A DNA stretch of 63,355 nucleotides, filler included, from Kipferlia bialata (Eukaryota): the NCBI GenBank assembly GCA_003568945.1. It is 4 parts of 4 records of this genome, joined end to end, with 100 filler letters (N's around TTAATTAATTAA, not from the genome) between each part and the next. Parts side by side here need not be neighbours in the genome. Positions count along the whole stretch, not along the records: positions 11,177 to 39,542 come from BDIP01000151.1; positions 39,643 to 59,692 come from BDIP01000156.1; 2 more parts are not named here. One strand, written 5' to 3'. How positions within the stretch are numbered: the first letter of the stretch is position 1; every line of letters begins with the position of its first letter. The translations under genes and the position numbers were made by a program. Positions 38,985 to 51,300 of the stretch are shown one piece after another. The notes beneath the pieces are model-generated. The model was not told the DNA's origin. It made no database searches and saw only the letters and a list, made by a program, of their open reading frames with translations.

Positions 38985-39420
38985 CTCAGACTGATGTCCA
39001 CCACATCTGGGTCGTATGAGTGACTAGTATGCAGATTATAAATATATAAGTATATATTTATATACACAGGTTAATAATACCTTCTAGTACACTATTGTCA
39101 TATATTATATGTATATAAGTATATATACCTGAGACTGATGTCCACCACATCTGGGTCGTATGAGTGACTGGCATGCAGAATGCAGTTCTGGATACGGATC
39201 ATGTCGTTCCATCCCATGCGCCTCTGGAGGATCAGTATCAGTATATATATATATACAGTTATCATTAGTATAAGTATATATGTATACATATCGGTGCGAC
39301 TACTGCACACACTGGCCTAGACTCTCCATAAATGTGATTCACTACAAACCTGCTCTAGCAGTATCTCTGGTGTGGATGGGTTCTCCAGCAATGCCTTGAC
39401 ACACTCAAAGTAGTATGCAC
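28907..39420 (-). CDS. Multi-exon hypothetical protein (about 20 exons of 35-190 bp, 5'-partial) with long introns filled with microsatellites and exon-edge copies
   Basis: Full exons splice in frame: AYYFECVKALLENPSTPEILLEQ|RRMGWNDMIRIQNCILHASHSYDPDVVDISLR|FRTQFVVCFGKMRGNVMPQSDVMDIPRLAKSSR|AVFRATVCLLHTKNTDVTLLPVILALVEMAKELPTHRLVAR|ILSAFLALTECLSGLDTVAGE|SPLKKKTLFPSSLPDQLSVRRIFGHLHRAIN|ATSHVLIQLDAAAKLDPDNQALQ|SLCTDAQRDNDNVILLHSKCKRTLGKAEK|VVFLSSAQKVRRDVGEKHILGAMPSALSTASG and onward. The phases of the 3' exons are less certain. Confidence 0.7.
29125..39035 (-). repeat. Arrays of intronic partial copies of adjacent exon termini (with splice site), separated by (TA)n/(GA)n/(CA)n-rich spacers
   Basis: Counts include the full exon: ccctcagtgcactg x4 (30037-30422), caagtgc..ctgccttggacag x3 (32084-32360), cctagctcgtgcatgtggt x3 (35156-35322), catggcccccaggatgtgcttctc x3 (36232-36538), cctgcagtgcctggttg x3 (37229-37369), ttgat.gccctgtg.aggtg x3 (37611-37837). 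Confidence 0.9.
33941..33980. repeat. 10-bp tandem repeat (gaatcctggg)x4 inside a predicted exon
   Basis: Four perfect units flanked by the direct repeat gggacagccttc. Confidence 0.9.
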
Positions 39421-39542
39421 CTGACAGTAAGTATATAAGTAATGAGTATATGAACTTGACAAAAAGAGAGATGGAGGGAGTGAGAGTAATAGGGGAGGGA
39501 GCAGGGGGGGGGGGGGGGGGAAAGGAAGACTGTAAGAAAAAA

Positions 39543-39642
39543 NNNNNNNNNNNNNNNNNNNNNNNNNNNNNNNNNNNNNNNNNNNNTTAATTAATTAANN
39601 NNNNNNNNNNNNNNNNNNNNNNNNNNNNNNNNNNNNNNNNNN
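39543..39642. other. Artificial contig-joining spacer
   Basis: N44-TTAATTAATTAA-N44. Confidence 0.97.
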
Positions 39643-40669
39643 GTTAGACAGCCAGGTAATCCGTCTGGGGTTACTTGGTTGCCTGAGCGTGCGTACAAGT
39701 CTGTTTATTAAGCATGTGTGTTGGTTATGGGGTTCGGATGAGTATGGGTATTGGATACCCTGGCAAGACACTCGGCGGTTATCTTGTCGGTAATAGGCTA
39801 TTACAAATAGCTGAGTCAGGGACTCCCCCCTACTCACTCATTCACAAAGCCCTGTAAGAAGTCGTAGTCAAAGGACCATCATTCCATGCCTTCCGGCTCT
39901 ATACCTATGTGACAGTGTCTGAACCTCCACCCATATATCTATTCCACAAGCAAAAGAAGGCAAGGCACTGGGTTTCGTCCTGTCATGGTCCCCAACATGT
40001 GACAGTGGATAGCCTGTGTGCACAGGGTTACAAATAGATATGGTACTGATATTGATAAGGGCGGTTTCCGAAGAGAGTGGGTGATTATCCGATCCCAACC
40101 CGCCCACTGTTGAACCTCCCATCCTCTCTCTCTACCCCACTGCTGCACAGGGAGTCTGCACAGATGGCAAGGCGCAACGTCGTGATTGACTCAGGTAGGG
40201 GACTTGGTGCATGAGCTGAGCTGTGGGTTGGGTTGTGCGTGGCATGGTGTCAGACTGCATGTAGCGTACCATAAGTGACTGTAACGTCATGGCATGACAT
40301 GTCAACATATACCCCACACATATGGTATATACTACTATGCTGCAGTGTATAGTGGCTGGTGGTGCTTAGTGAAGTGTGTGTGCATGGTGTGTGGCGGTGA
40401 CAGTTGCAGTATTGATACCGGTACCGGTACCGGTACCAAATGTGTGCTCATCTCTATACGCCTGTGTACTACCCTATTCAACTACGCACATTTCTAATCA
40501 TGGTCATAGTCGTAGTATAACACTTCTGGGTGTGAAGTGGTGTCATTTAGCTTGTCTATGTACCCATGCACGTGTTCGAGTTGACAGGCCCTGTTTACAG
40601 ACTCTCCCATCAATCCTACTGTCTCCCCCTCCCCCCCACTCTCTTTCCCTCCACCCCCTTATTCCCCAG

Positions 40670-43494
40670 ATGAGGAGTCTGCGGAGGAGTCCACAATGCT
40701 CCTGGACGAGGAGGAGGCCAAGTGAGTAGCATACACTACTATATACAATATACTATATACTGTACTATACATACTATACATACAATGCTCCTGGACGAGG
40801 AGGAGGTGTCTGTCTCTCTCTCTGTATACCCCTCACTATCTCTTCTTTATATGCTGAGTCCACTGTGTCTTCCTCTCATACTCTCTGCAGAGAGTTACAC
40901 ATGCAGAGATGAAGTTCTTTCGTATCCCCCCCCCCCCCCCCCCCCCCACCCCCCCCCCCTTTTTTTTCTCCCCCCCCCCCCCCCCCCCCCCCCCTCTCTC
41001 TCTCTCTACCCATACACATATATAGCTTCCTATATTCATCCCACCCCCAGCCATGTCCATGTCCATGTCCCTGTCTGTGCTGCTCTCTCTCTCTCTCTCT
41101 CTATCTCTCTCTATTATTATACATATACATCTACACACACCCCAGCCATGTCCCTGTCTGTCCTGCTCTACCTGACCCTGAGCCTCACAGCCATATACAA
41201 CAACATGGTGGTGTCCATACAGACATGGGAGGACTTCTATGCATACATGGTCCCAAGTGCAGGTACCTAGCTAGTGTGTGAGGGGTGTTTGTTGCTGCAG
41301 AATGGAGATACTCACTCTGTCTGTACAGTGCTCTATTCCATATAGTTACTGTATCATACATGGTGCGCAGGGCAGGTACAGAGTGTGTGGAGATGTATCA
41401 TAATGTGACTGGCATTGTATAGTATTTCGTTGTATTAGTACATACCTCTATAACATGATTCTGATACTGACACATACTTCTGTATTATACTCTTCAGAGT
41501 TTGCCGTTCTGCTCATTCTCCTCCTCCCAGTATAACCTACGTCTGTGCTAAGCTGACTCGATACATATGAATACTGACATTGGAGTCACCTGCCGTGTAT
41601 GTCCATATACTGGAGTCTAATACATAAGTATGGCATTTCAGACTGACCTTAGCTGTTGCTGCCAACTATTAATACCCACTCTGTATATTCGCTCTGCTGT
41701 CCACTGAAACCTGCTTCATATATACTATATCCCTCCACTGACCCCAGCCGTAGTGGCTGCCAACTGGGCCTCCCACACCCTGGAGACAGTGGTGCTGACA
41801 CTGGTGTATGTGCAGGTGGGTGGCATACTGCGCAATTATATATATAATGTCTGGTGTTCGTAATAATAGTTGACGGCTGAGCTCTGTAAGGGTGGAGACA
41901 AAGCCTGTATACTATGAATAGAGGACGTAGCATAAGTGAAGAAGAAGTACCTGGATTTGTGTGCATGTGGGTGTACATATACATATTGCACCCCCCACCC
42001 CCAGGTGTTCAGAGGTGTCATCAGACCTCAGACATTCAGAAGGGTCCACAGAATATGCGTGGGGGTTGGGGTACTGTTAGGTAAGAGGGTGTATATTGAT
42101 TAGTATGGAATGATGCAAATTCAGCCACTACTAGTCACGTCTTCTATCCCCCTCCTCCACTCCGTCTACTCTTCCCCCAGCCTGCCTTCTAGTGGCAGTG
42201 CATATCACAGACACAGTCTATACCAGGGCACTGTACGCCAAGGGGATAGACTACCTGGTGAACACAGGGTATGTATGTATGAATAGGTGTATGTACACAT
42301 AGAGTTATGACAATATGCGTTTTATTGGGAAGTCTGTTACCTTCTTTTATAGAAATACTAACTAGAATCGTGCTATGTAACATGAAATTGAGTAGTTATA
42401 TGCCTCACCCGCAGAATCACTGAGTACATCCGTGAGAGGGAGTATGTGACCCAGGCCTACCTCTGTCTAGACCTGTGTGCCATAGTACTGATGACACTGG
42501 TGGTGGTGGCACTGGCATACATGCGGAAGGTGCACACTGTGAGCGTATATACAGAGAAATATTTACCTGTATGGTGCATGACAGATGGCACCAATGTACG
42601 GGGAGGAAGGCTGTGTATGAGAGTCCAGTCGGGACAGCTATTTGTCCCGGTTACGGGTGTCACTAATTCTCTTGTTGTAATTATCTAGCGTTGCGCTATT
42701 GGTCTCTCTCACCTTCAGGCCGTCAGCGGTGCCTCTTCGAACATCAAGAGCAGCCAGCACAACACAAGGAGAGAGATTAAGAAGATTGACGTGCTGCCAG
42801 TGGTGTATCTACTGGATGCCCTGTCGATGTCAGTGTTATGGGTGGTGACACAGGTGTATCTATATATGTATATATATATATATAGAGAGAGAGAGGTATG
42901 TACATGCTCTGGGTGGTGACACAGGATGTGTTTATATATGTATATATATATATATATATAGAGAGAGAGGTATGTACATGCTCTGGGTGGTGACACAGGT
43001 GTATATGTATGTATATATGTATGTATGTACATGGGTGTGTATAGTGGTTACGTATAGACTGACACATATGCCACTGTTGTCAACCCATGCCTCTAACTGA
43101 CAGAGCTACAATGGTGACATGTCCAAATGGCAGGCATCGTACACAAAGTGAGTGAGTGAATCAGTGACTCAATGTGGTGTGTGCTGATAAGGAACCAAAC
43201 TCAGCTTATTGCGCTGCACATAGCAAAGCGGTATCCTTTACCCCCAGGCTCACCTTCATCTTTGCCTCTACCATGGGGTGTGTCTGTCTCTGCACTGTCC
43301 TGTACCCAGCCTCCCAGGGCAGGAAGGGGAGGGGACCAGCAAAGTATGCACCAGCTAGAGGTATTCATGTGGTTATCTATTTGTATTCTTTTGTACCTAC
43401 TTGACACTTTGTGTACATAGCCTTGCAAGCTACTGATCACCCTAGAAGCACAGAGACACTTCCATCATGGCAACACCATCAACGGAATGACTGA
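40670..43494 (+). CDS. Multi-exon multi-pass membrane protein (start uncertain)
   Basis: Spliced exons give several hydrophobic helices: SLSVLLYLTLSLTAIY, RVHRICVGVGVLL, AYLCLDLCAIVLMTLVVVALAYMRK, VLPVVYLLDALSMSVLWVVTQ and LTFIFASTMGCVCLCTVLYP. The terminal exon ends in TGA at 43494. Confidence 0.55.
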
Positions 43495-43715
43495 GGTATC
43501 ATGCGTGTGAGATGTATACCACGACTCGGTTTGACTGGCAGACAAAGGAGACAATAGCCATCATACTTGGTTGTGTCCAACGGACCTTTGCCACTTAGAT
43601 TTGTCGAGTTCCGAGAAAGAGTCCATAGAACACGCTGAGAGAAAAACACTGAAGTCTAATTGTGTTCACCTAAGTATGGATTTGAGGTCCTCAACTCTAA
43701 GTGCATCACTGCCAT

Positions 43716-46700
43716 TCATATCAACTTGATACCCTGGTACACCATGAATACCACCAAGTATGGCATCATTCTTCCAGCGTTGGTTTCCCGTATCTGCACT
43801 GTATATGTGACTGGGACGTATGGCTGGTCCCACCTGTCCTGCTCCGTCATCATAACATAGACAGAGTCCCCGTTCTCATTGGAGGCCAGGTTGATCAAGT
43901 GTGAGACTGTACTCTGGTATTCAGGCATAGAAGTTTACGTTCGTACTATGAACAACCGACAATTAGACACCGTAGTCCCTACCTCTTTCTCGCCCTGGTG
44001 ATACTCCCCACTAAGGGTGTTGTAGTGTGCAATGGGGGTAATTCCGTGGGACTTGTACCTACGTGCCGATGCACACCAGGGTATGTGCTCTGGCACCACA
44101 GTCTCCCCCTCCACCACCTCTACTGGCCAGTATGGCCCATACTGTATGGGGAGTAACCACTGAGGAACCCAGTGGGTTCTGAGACTATGACCTCAGTTGA
44201 CTCAGGTGCAGCACCAACCTTGCCGTCACCACTTATATGCCGTGGAGACTCAGTGACCCACTGACCCGAGAGGGAAAGAGAGCAGTGGTGGAAGTCTCTC
44301 TCCCTTGTGCTGTAGAATACATGGAGGGTGTCCCCTATCAGCACACTGCCACGGGTATCACTCCGACCCCAGGGGTGGTCGGGCCACCGCATCCACTCCT
44401 AGTGCATCAGTACATACATGAATGGATCAATGGCATCAGTACATACATGAATGGATCATTCGTCTACATACTACAAGCAAACATATCCAATATATAAACA
44501 ACACTTATTACCAGCGCATCCACTCCTGAGACATCAGTGTATAGTGTGTACTACACACACACATATATGTATACTCATACATAACAAGTATGTCAAGCCA
44601 TATCGTACCAATGCAACAATTCCAGTTGGAATGGTGAGTATGGTACCGATGAGATATGAGTGTACACCAGGTGTGATAATACACCATGAAGTCGCCATGG
44701 TGTTCTAGACAGATAACACCCATATGTTCATACGTACAAACGTGTGATTTACCTTCTCCTCTGTGTCGTATGCCCAGGTGTGGTGCTGCTCCGTTGTCAC
44801 AACTAGGTACCCCGGGAGGCGGTTCAGATCAATTTTGGTGTTGTAACCTTTGTTATCGATGATGTCCGGTACAAAAGAGGCACTCCACTCCCTCGACCCA
44901 GTGTCTAGAACGTGTAGAGTAGTTCGGGACTGATGTGGGCAGTGCAGGATGTACACATGGCTGTAGTCACTTGTGCACTTCACGTATGGGTGGGGGTACC
45001 CCCTCTGGGTGGCTGATGCCTCAGGTATGGTAGGGGCACCTGGCAAGCGTTCGACAGTGAGCCCCAACACGCTATCGGTGGCGATACAGTCAGACACTCT
45101 GGTGCACACGTACCAGTGCTCATCGATGAGGACCAGTGTCTCTGCAGCGGTCATAGGACATGACATCCATATGTCACCAGAGGGTAGGTTGTGAGGCCTC
45201 TCGTGATATTCCAACTGCAGGTGGGGGGCACTTGTGAGTAGTGGTAGTCTTTGTAAGTTGCGTAGTGGATGAGACTTAGCGACCCTGTGGCCCTGTGGAG
45301 CTCTTGCTGCCTGACACACAATCGTCTGTATGGACTTTGGACATGTGTGGTCTAATAGCACCCTTGTCACAGAGAGTGTGTTACAACAGTGTAGAAGGGG
45401 CAACATGTGGTGGAGATTCAATGCAGTGATGTTCACTCCCCTCAGGTCAAGGCCTCCCCCGTATCTAGCTCTCAAGTCATCACCTGGAAGACACTCACAG
45501 AGAGTCTGGATGTTGTCAACAGTGACTGACTCAAGCCCCACTGCTATCTTACAGAGACATGCCAGAAGACTTGATGGATCTATAGCAGGCGGGGGAACAT
45601 GTGCAAGTGATGCCTCCCGTCCATCGTCTCCTAGGTGTTGGACACTGGCCACGTCACTTAGGGGTACAGATGGTGCAGGTACTCTGTTTAGGACAGATAG
45701 TGGGTGGAGACCCCCGGTGAGACTACCCAAGAGGTGAGGTAGAGGGGTAGTGGGGTCAGAGGTCAGTAGCATTCTGGCTGCCTTCGCACACATATACACT
45801 AACCAGGGGGCAGACAGTTGGTACCTCTCGAAGGCCCTTAGCACACAGTCACTTAGAGGAGAGCCTGGACACTCTGCTGCAACAAGGAGTAGCTGAATAG
45901 GGGTACTCGAGTGCTGGTAGGACCTTGCATCCACTAAGTACCGACCAGTAGCCTCCTCTATGGTGGCCACTGTTCTCTGCAGGTGACTGAGGATGTAACT
46001 CTGGTGGTTGGGCAGCCCCTGATACAGCTTGTACAACTCCATGCTGTAGAGTCGGCAACAGTACAGGCTGCTCACGACGGTCTCCAGAGTAGACTCGATG
46101 ACACCTGCCAGCAGACTGTGTGTCTGGGGGTACATGCACAAGACCTCGCGTGTCTGTGAGAGAGATGCCTGGGGCCTTCCATGCTCTGCCTCATGCGATG
46201 GTATCCCGTGCCTATCAGAGGCCGACACCAGTATGTCAAGCAGGTCTAACAGAGTGGACGCACAGGACACTGTCGACCCCTCCAAGAGTGTGTGAACTGC
46301 ATGTGTCACACGTGACAGGCCTAGACTGCACAGACTGAGCATAACGGGTATGAGTAGCCTTTGCGGCTCTTCAGAGCTCAGTATCTGCCCCACAACATGT
46401 ACAGCAGCTTCCATCGGGGATGTATGGGTCAGATTACAGATGCCGGACAGAGTCTGAGTGGAACGCAGGTGCTGGACGCATAGGAAGTGAGAGAGACGGA
46501 CAGTGATGTCGTACTCGTTGGTGTATGCAGTAGTGACCATAGCACTGCGTGGCCCTGTCTGCTGGCACAGCAGAAACTGATGACAAAGATGCGAGCCAAC
46601 GGTGTCTTCTGACACTCTGTAGTACAAGCCCGTGCCGGTGTGATACCTCACAAGGGGGCAAGAGCCAAAGAGTCCAAACATATAGATCCAGTCCCCTGCC

Positions 46701-47785
46701 TGCATTGCTAGACCAACCGCAAACGGGGTGTCCGGATGTAGTTTCCATGCGCCACTGGGTGAGAGAGAGACATGAGACGGGGATCCCAAAGTGCCAAACA
46801 CGTGCAGTGTGTCCCCGACCCACACAGTCTGGCATCTGAAGTTACACCATGGGGTGGTTCCAGCAAACGACAGAGGGCTCAGCTCATCCCAGCTGTCGGT
46901 TTCAGTGTCGTAGCGCCACGAGTTAGGTTGTCTGACGTGTTTTCCGTCTTCTTTCCAGAAGCCACCGAGCACGTATATATAGGGTCCCCGTGACTCCGTG
47001 ACAGTATCACTCTGGCAGGTGGGGTGTGGGCCGGTCCCACCACGCCCCACAACTGCCCAAGCATCTGTACGGAGGTCTAGATGAAGCAGGGAGAGAGGGG
47101 TGTCATCTGCTTCAGGGGTAGAGAAGCACGGGTAGTACACAGAGTGCCCCACAGCTGCACCCTTAGGGTGGGTGTCAATGACATGATATGGTGTGAATGT
47201 CATTGTAATGCTAATTGCAGAGAATAGAGTGGGACTTGAGTTGTATTCTTGAATAGTGTAACGATATCAGTCTCAAGTTACCTTTAGTGAGATGGACAGG
47301 TTTCTGCGTATGCCCTCAGGGACCTGTCTAACCCTCCTCCACTCCCAAGTCACACTTCCATCCCCGATCCTTCGTCTACCCACATAGCGTGATGTGATAT
47401 CATTGCCAGCATATGGAGCACTCAGTGTAATTATCATCCTATCTAGACCTATCACAGTTATGGCACTCGTGTGGGGCTGGGCGTCGTCTGGACGAGGTAG
47501 GCCAGGCAGCCACCTATGGGGCATGCCTAGGTGGTCAAGCTCTGGCCCCAGTCTGACACCAGCCAGAGCTGGATGGACATCATTGACACTCTGGTGTCAC
47601 TAACACTATCTCTACCATGGATGTCTGATTCATTGTACAGAGACTGTCAGGAGGGGTATACAGCTCTACAGGATGGTGTGGTAGGAATCCTATGGTATTG
47701 TACAATCCCTATGTGTCGTCACTCGCATTGATCCTACCTTGATTGTACTGAGAAGAGGGGAGACTGTGAGCTCGGGGGGATCCAT
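43716..47785 (-). CDS. Kelch-like protein with N- and C-terminal beta-propeller regions flanking a helical middle; main exon within 44752-47203
   Basis: 832-aa ORF with kelch motifs (GPYIYVLGG, RYDTETDSWDELSPL, VGDTLHVFG, GDWIYMFG; later LHVLDTGSREW, WAYDTEEK). A downstream exon reads EWMRWPDHPW..LIGDTLHVF. The putative first exon MDPPELTVSPLLSTIK is at 47785-47738. Outer boundaries are approximate. Confidence 0.65.
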
Positions 47786-48321
47786 GGTGTGGCACAGAAG
47801 CTATGGAAAGGAAGGGGGGTCCCCAGTAGCCAAATACTGTAACTGTAAGTGATGGCCTCACTGAGGCCTTCACTATGATCGCTAATGGAGCTGTATATGT
47901 ATGTCACTGTAGACATTTCTCTTTGTAGCCTCATACAAGTACAGGACATCGTGTTGAAGGAAGCTCATTGCTAGCCCTAGTGCCTTTCGAGCGTGACCAA
48001 CCGTATGGGTGAGTTCGACCACTTCCGATACAGTCATATATGGAGCAGAGGGCTAAGTGGTTGCATACACTGCTCTGATAACGAAATCTATATACCCTTC
48101 AGCCTCAAATGGTCCCTTGCTGGCTCTATATCCTTCGTATTAGAATACTTTGGGTTGAGAGTGGGCCATAGAGAGTTGAAGAGTTCCAAGAACAAATTCA
48201 AAAATCTCTGTCTATTTCAAGACAGTCCCGTCCAAGAACATGCAATCCAACCTGATCTGACTTCATCGCTCACACCGCACTCCAAACAGTATTGCCCCTC
48301 TGTATCCACATCTGACCCTTA

Positions 48322-51300
48322 TCAGATGTCTCCTGCCTCTACCTCCACGCATTCCTCGTCTTCAGTGGCCTGTATGCCATCGAGTATGGACAGGAATATG
48401 TCCTCGAGAGAGGGGTGCTTCAGATGGTACCCTAGTATGTGGCCCTGGAAGTGAGTGGGGCGCGCCGAAACACTACGCGATATAAAAAGACCTGACACAC
48501 ACCTGCATCCTGAGCTCTGAGAGAGCCCCAAAGAGCCGGTGGTAGATGAGGGGTGAGTGGAAGACGACCTCGATCTTCTCGTATGTCACCCCCTTCTGCT
48601 GTCTGTGTGTGGACACCCTCATATGTCTGAGAGGGACCTCCAACTCTACACTCAGACTGCAGTGAGCACAAGGGCCAAGGGTGGAGTGTGTACACTAATA
48701 GTATGTATGACCATACCCTTCGACTATTGTCAGGGCCCTCTCAGTCCGTCTGTCCTCCACATCTCTCTCTTGCTCAACTTGGTCAGGACTGACTGGCCCT
48801 ACGGCTCTCCTACTGATGAGACCCGGTACATCTATATATAGCACTGTGTCGACAGTGCCAAGACTGCAATATATAACACCATGTACCTGTTGACATGCAG
48901 TAGCGGCACACTCAGGGTCAGAGTGGCATTCCCTCTGTATGCCCTCTGTAGTGTCACTAGGGATCCAGAATGCACCAAGGCACCATCGTGCATGATGCCA
49001 ACGTGGCTGGGGATTAGGCGAAGCGTCTATACTACAACAAAGACATCAACCTTAGCTGGTTCTACTAGACAGTTTGGAGTGTATGATGCCCACCTTGAGA
49101 CAGCCTCAGCCTCCTCCAGCGAGTGTGTGCTCATCAGCACTGTGCTGTGGGTGCGGATGCCTTCTAAGAGTTTCCAGATGTGGTGCTTGGTGCCTATGCG
49201 TGAGAGTATCACGGATGAGTGAGGCTTCTAGTTGATAATCTCCAAGCCTACCTGGGTCAAGACCGGAGCTAGGCTCGTCCGCCAGTATGACATCTGGAGA
49301 TCCTATGAGAGCAATGCCTAGCGCTAAGCGACGCCTCATGCCCCCTGACAACTGGTCACCCCGGCGACTGGTGTGAGAGAAGGTATTTCGTGTGCAACAC
49401 CTATGAACCAATTGACATAATCCAAATGTTTCCACATCAGGTCCTGTTGGAGTTGTAAATCTTACCTAGCAGCGGCAGAGAGGCCTAGATGGGTCATGTA
49501 GCTGCTAGCGTCGCTGGTTGCCTGTAAAGTCAGTCAGATCCGGTGAACTATTCTGAGCGACAAAAGACGTGCACTCACCTGTTCCAGTGACAATCCAGCG
49601 AGTCTAGCAAACAGGATTAGGTGCTCCGACACACTCATGTTGGGCCAGTAGGCAGCAAACTGAGGGCAACTGCCTGCGGTTAGGGGTGAGACCCTAGGAT
49701 CTTACAGGTGGTCTTGTAGCAGGTGACACCGGTGGGCTGCCGGGAGATATCGAGTGGTAGCCACATTTCCAAATAGTTAGATATACCTATTCTTCGTCTG
49801 GCTTCTGTCCTCTCTGTGACAATGTCAGCACCCCCAATCCTGGGGTTGAGAGACACTAATGTGGCATAGCTACTATACAGTCATCTGCATGTGCAGTGTT
49901 GTACCTAGCTGTCCCCCTGCTCGGCCTCATGTAGCCAGACAGGATGGAGAGGAGGGTGGTCTTGCCTGCCCCAGAGACCCCGAGGAGGGAGTATATGCTG
50001 TGCTTGGGTTGGGCCAGAGAGACGGCCTTGCATCCTAATGGTCAGACACACTTCAGAACTAAAGAGGTGTCAAACCATGTATTTACCCAACCACACACTC
50101 TGATGCACATACCTACCACCCTGGAGGAGTATGCGTGGCAGAGGTTGTCCACCACCAGCACATCCCTGCCCGTGGTGGACTTCTCTCTCTCCCTCAGCCT
50201 CTGGAGCCCCTTTCTCCCAACAGGAGTGCTTGCCATGTTGCTGCGGATACTCAGTCTAGAAGGATTCGAGGTCTCTGTCCCAGTAGCAGTCATAGAGTCT
50301 GACGGTCAATCCCGTAAAGCAAGAGGAGATCTAATGCATATGGAGCTCGTGTTTAAGCAGTACCTTCAGATTCTTCCCCAATGCGTAGCCGGTGCCTGTT
50401 TCCCTTATCAATGGCACGTCTGATACGCCATGACACAGTCTTTCCCTTCTTGGGAGACAGCATGTGGTGGTCTGGACATCAGTGTGAGGAAGTATCAAGA
50501 CATGAAAATGGTGTAGAGAGTGTGTGTCTATGCATACACACCTATATGTGTATATTATATATATATATCGGTAGCTATATACATACCTAAATATCTATAT
50601 ACATCTATACATACCTATCAGCACTGTCAGAAGCAGCCACACTAGTGAGGAGCCTACTCCGGACACCAGATACCCATTGATCTTGCTGGACCCGTGGATG
50701 GTTCTGTATGCAGCGCGGGAGCCTGGTAGTTAACATCTATTCATATGACGCACTGATATACATGAAGACCAAAGAAACCAAGGGGAAGTCTTAGTAATCA
50801 CTTACCGTTAGTGACTAAGTTGTTGATGATCCTGAACCAAGACACAGGTGGAAACAGCCACGACGACACCCTGATGAGGGACGATGTCTCACCGCTGAAC
50901 TGGGGTCAATGAGGCAATCACACTTTATCAATACTGCATAGATCTTGCGTGACTATCCCACCTGGGCCACTGCAAATTGAACAAAGGAACAGAGGGTGAT
51001 GGCCACCACAGTGTATCCGACCTGGGAGTGAGATGGGAAGAGGGTAGCATATAAAGCAACTGACTGGAGTGAATAGAGAGAATAGAGAGGGCGGTACCGT
51101 GCGTGTCTTCCTGGCGACTGCACCGACTGCAAATGCCACAGCAATTGCTGAAATCTGGGACAAAACCCAGTAGGAGAAACACACTGCAAGGGGGAACACC
51201 CAGTCGCCTAGGGGTGAGAGTGATCACACATATATAGACAGAACCTCAAGCTCACATGTATTAGAGAGCAGTGCACCATAATGGCATATGATATCCCTGA

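Noticed and set aside
29125..39035. Repeat-spacer arrays resembling CRISPR
   Set aside because: Each array has a different repeat that matches the neighbouring exon end, the spacers are microsatellite-rich, no cas genes are present, and the context is eukaryotic.
39643..40320. Possible 5' end of a minus-strand gene (MPRTTQPTAQLMHQ...)
   Set aside because: Only short ORFs with no recognisable motif, and I could not establish a consistent exon chain.
40414..40437. (ACCGGT)n self-complementary microsatellite
   Set aside because: Short simple repeat with no supporting context.
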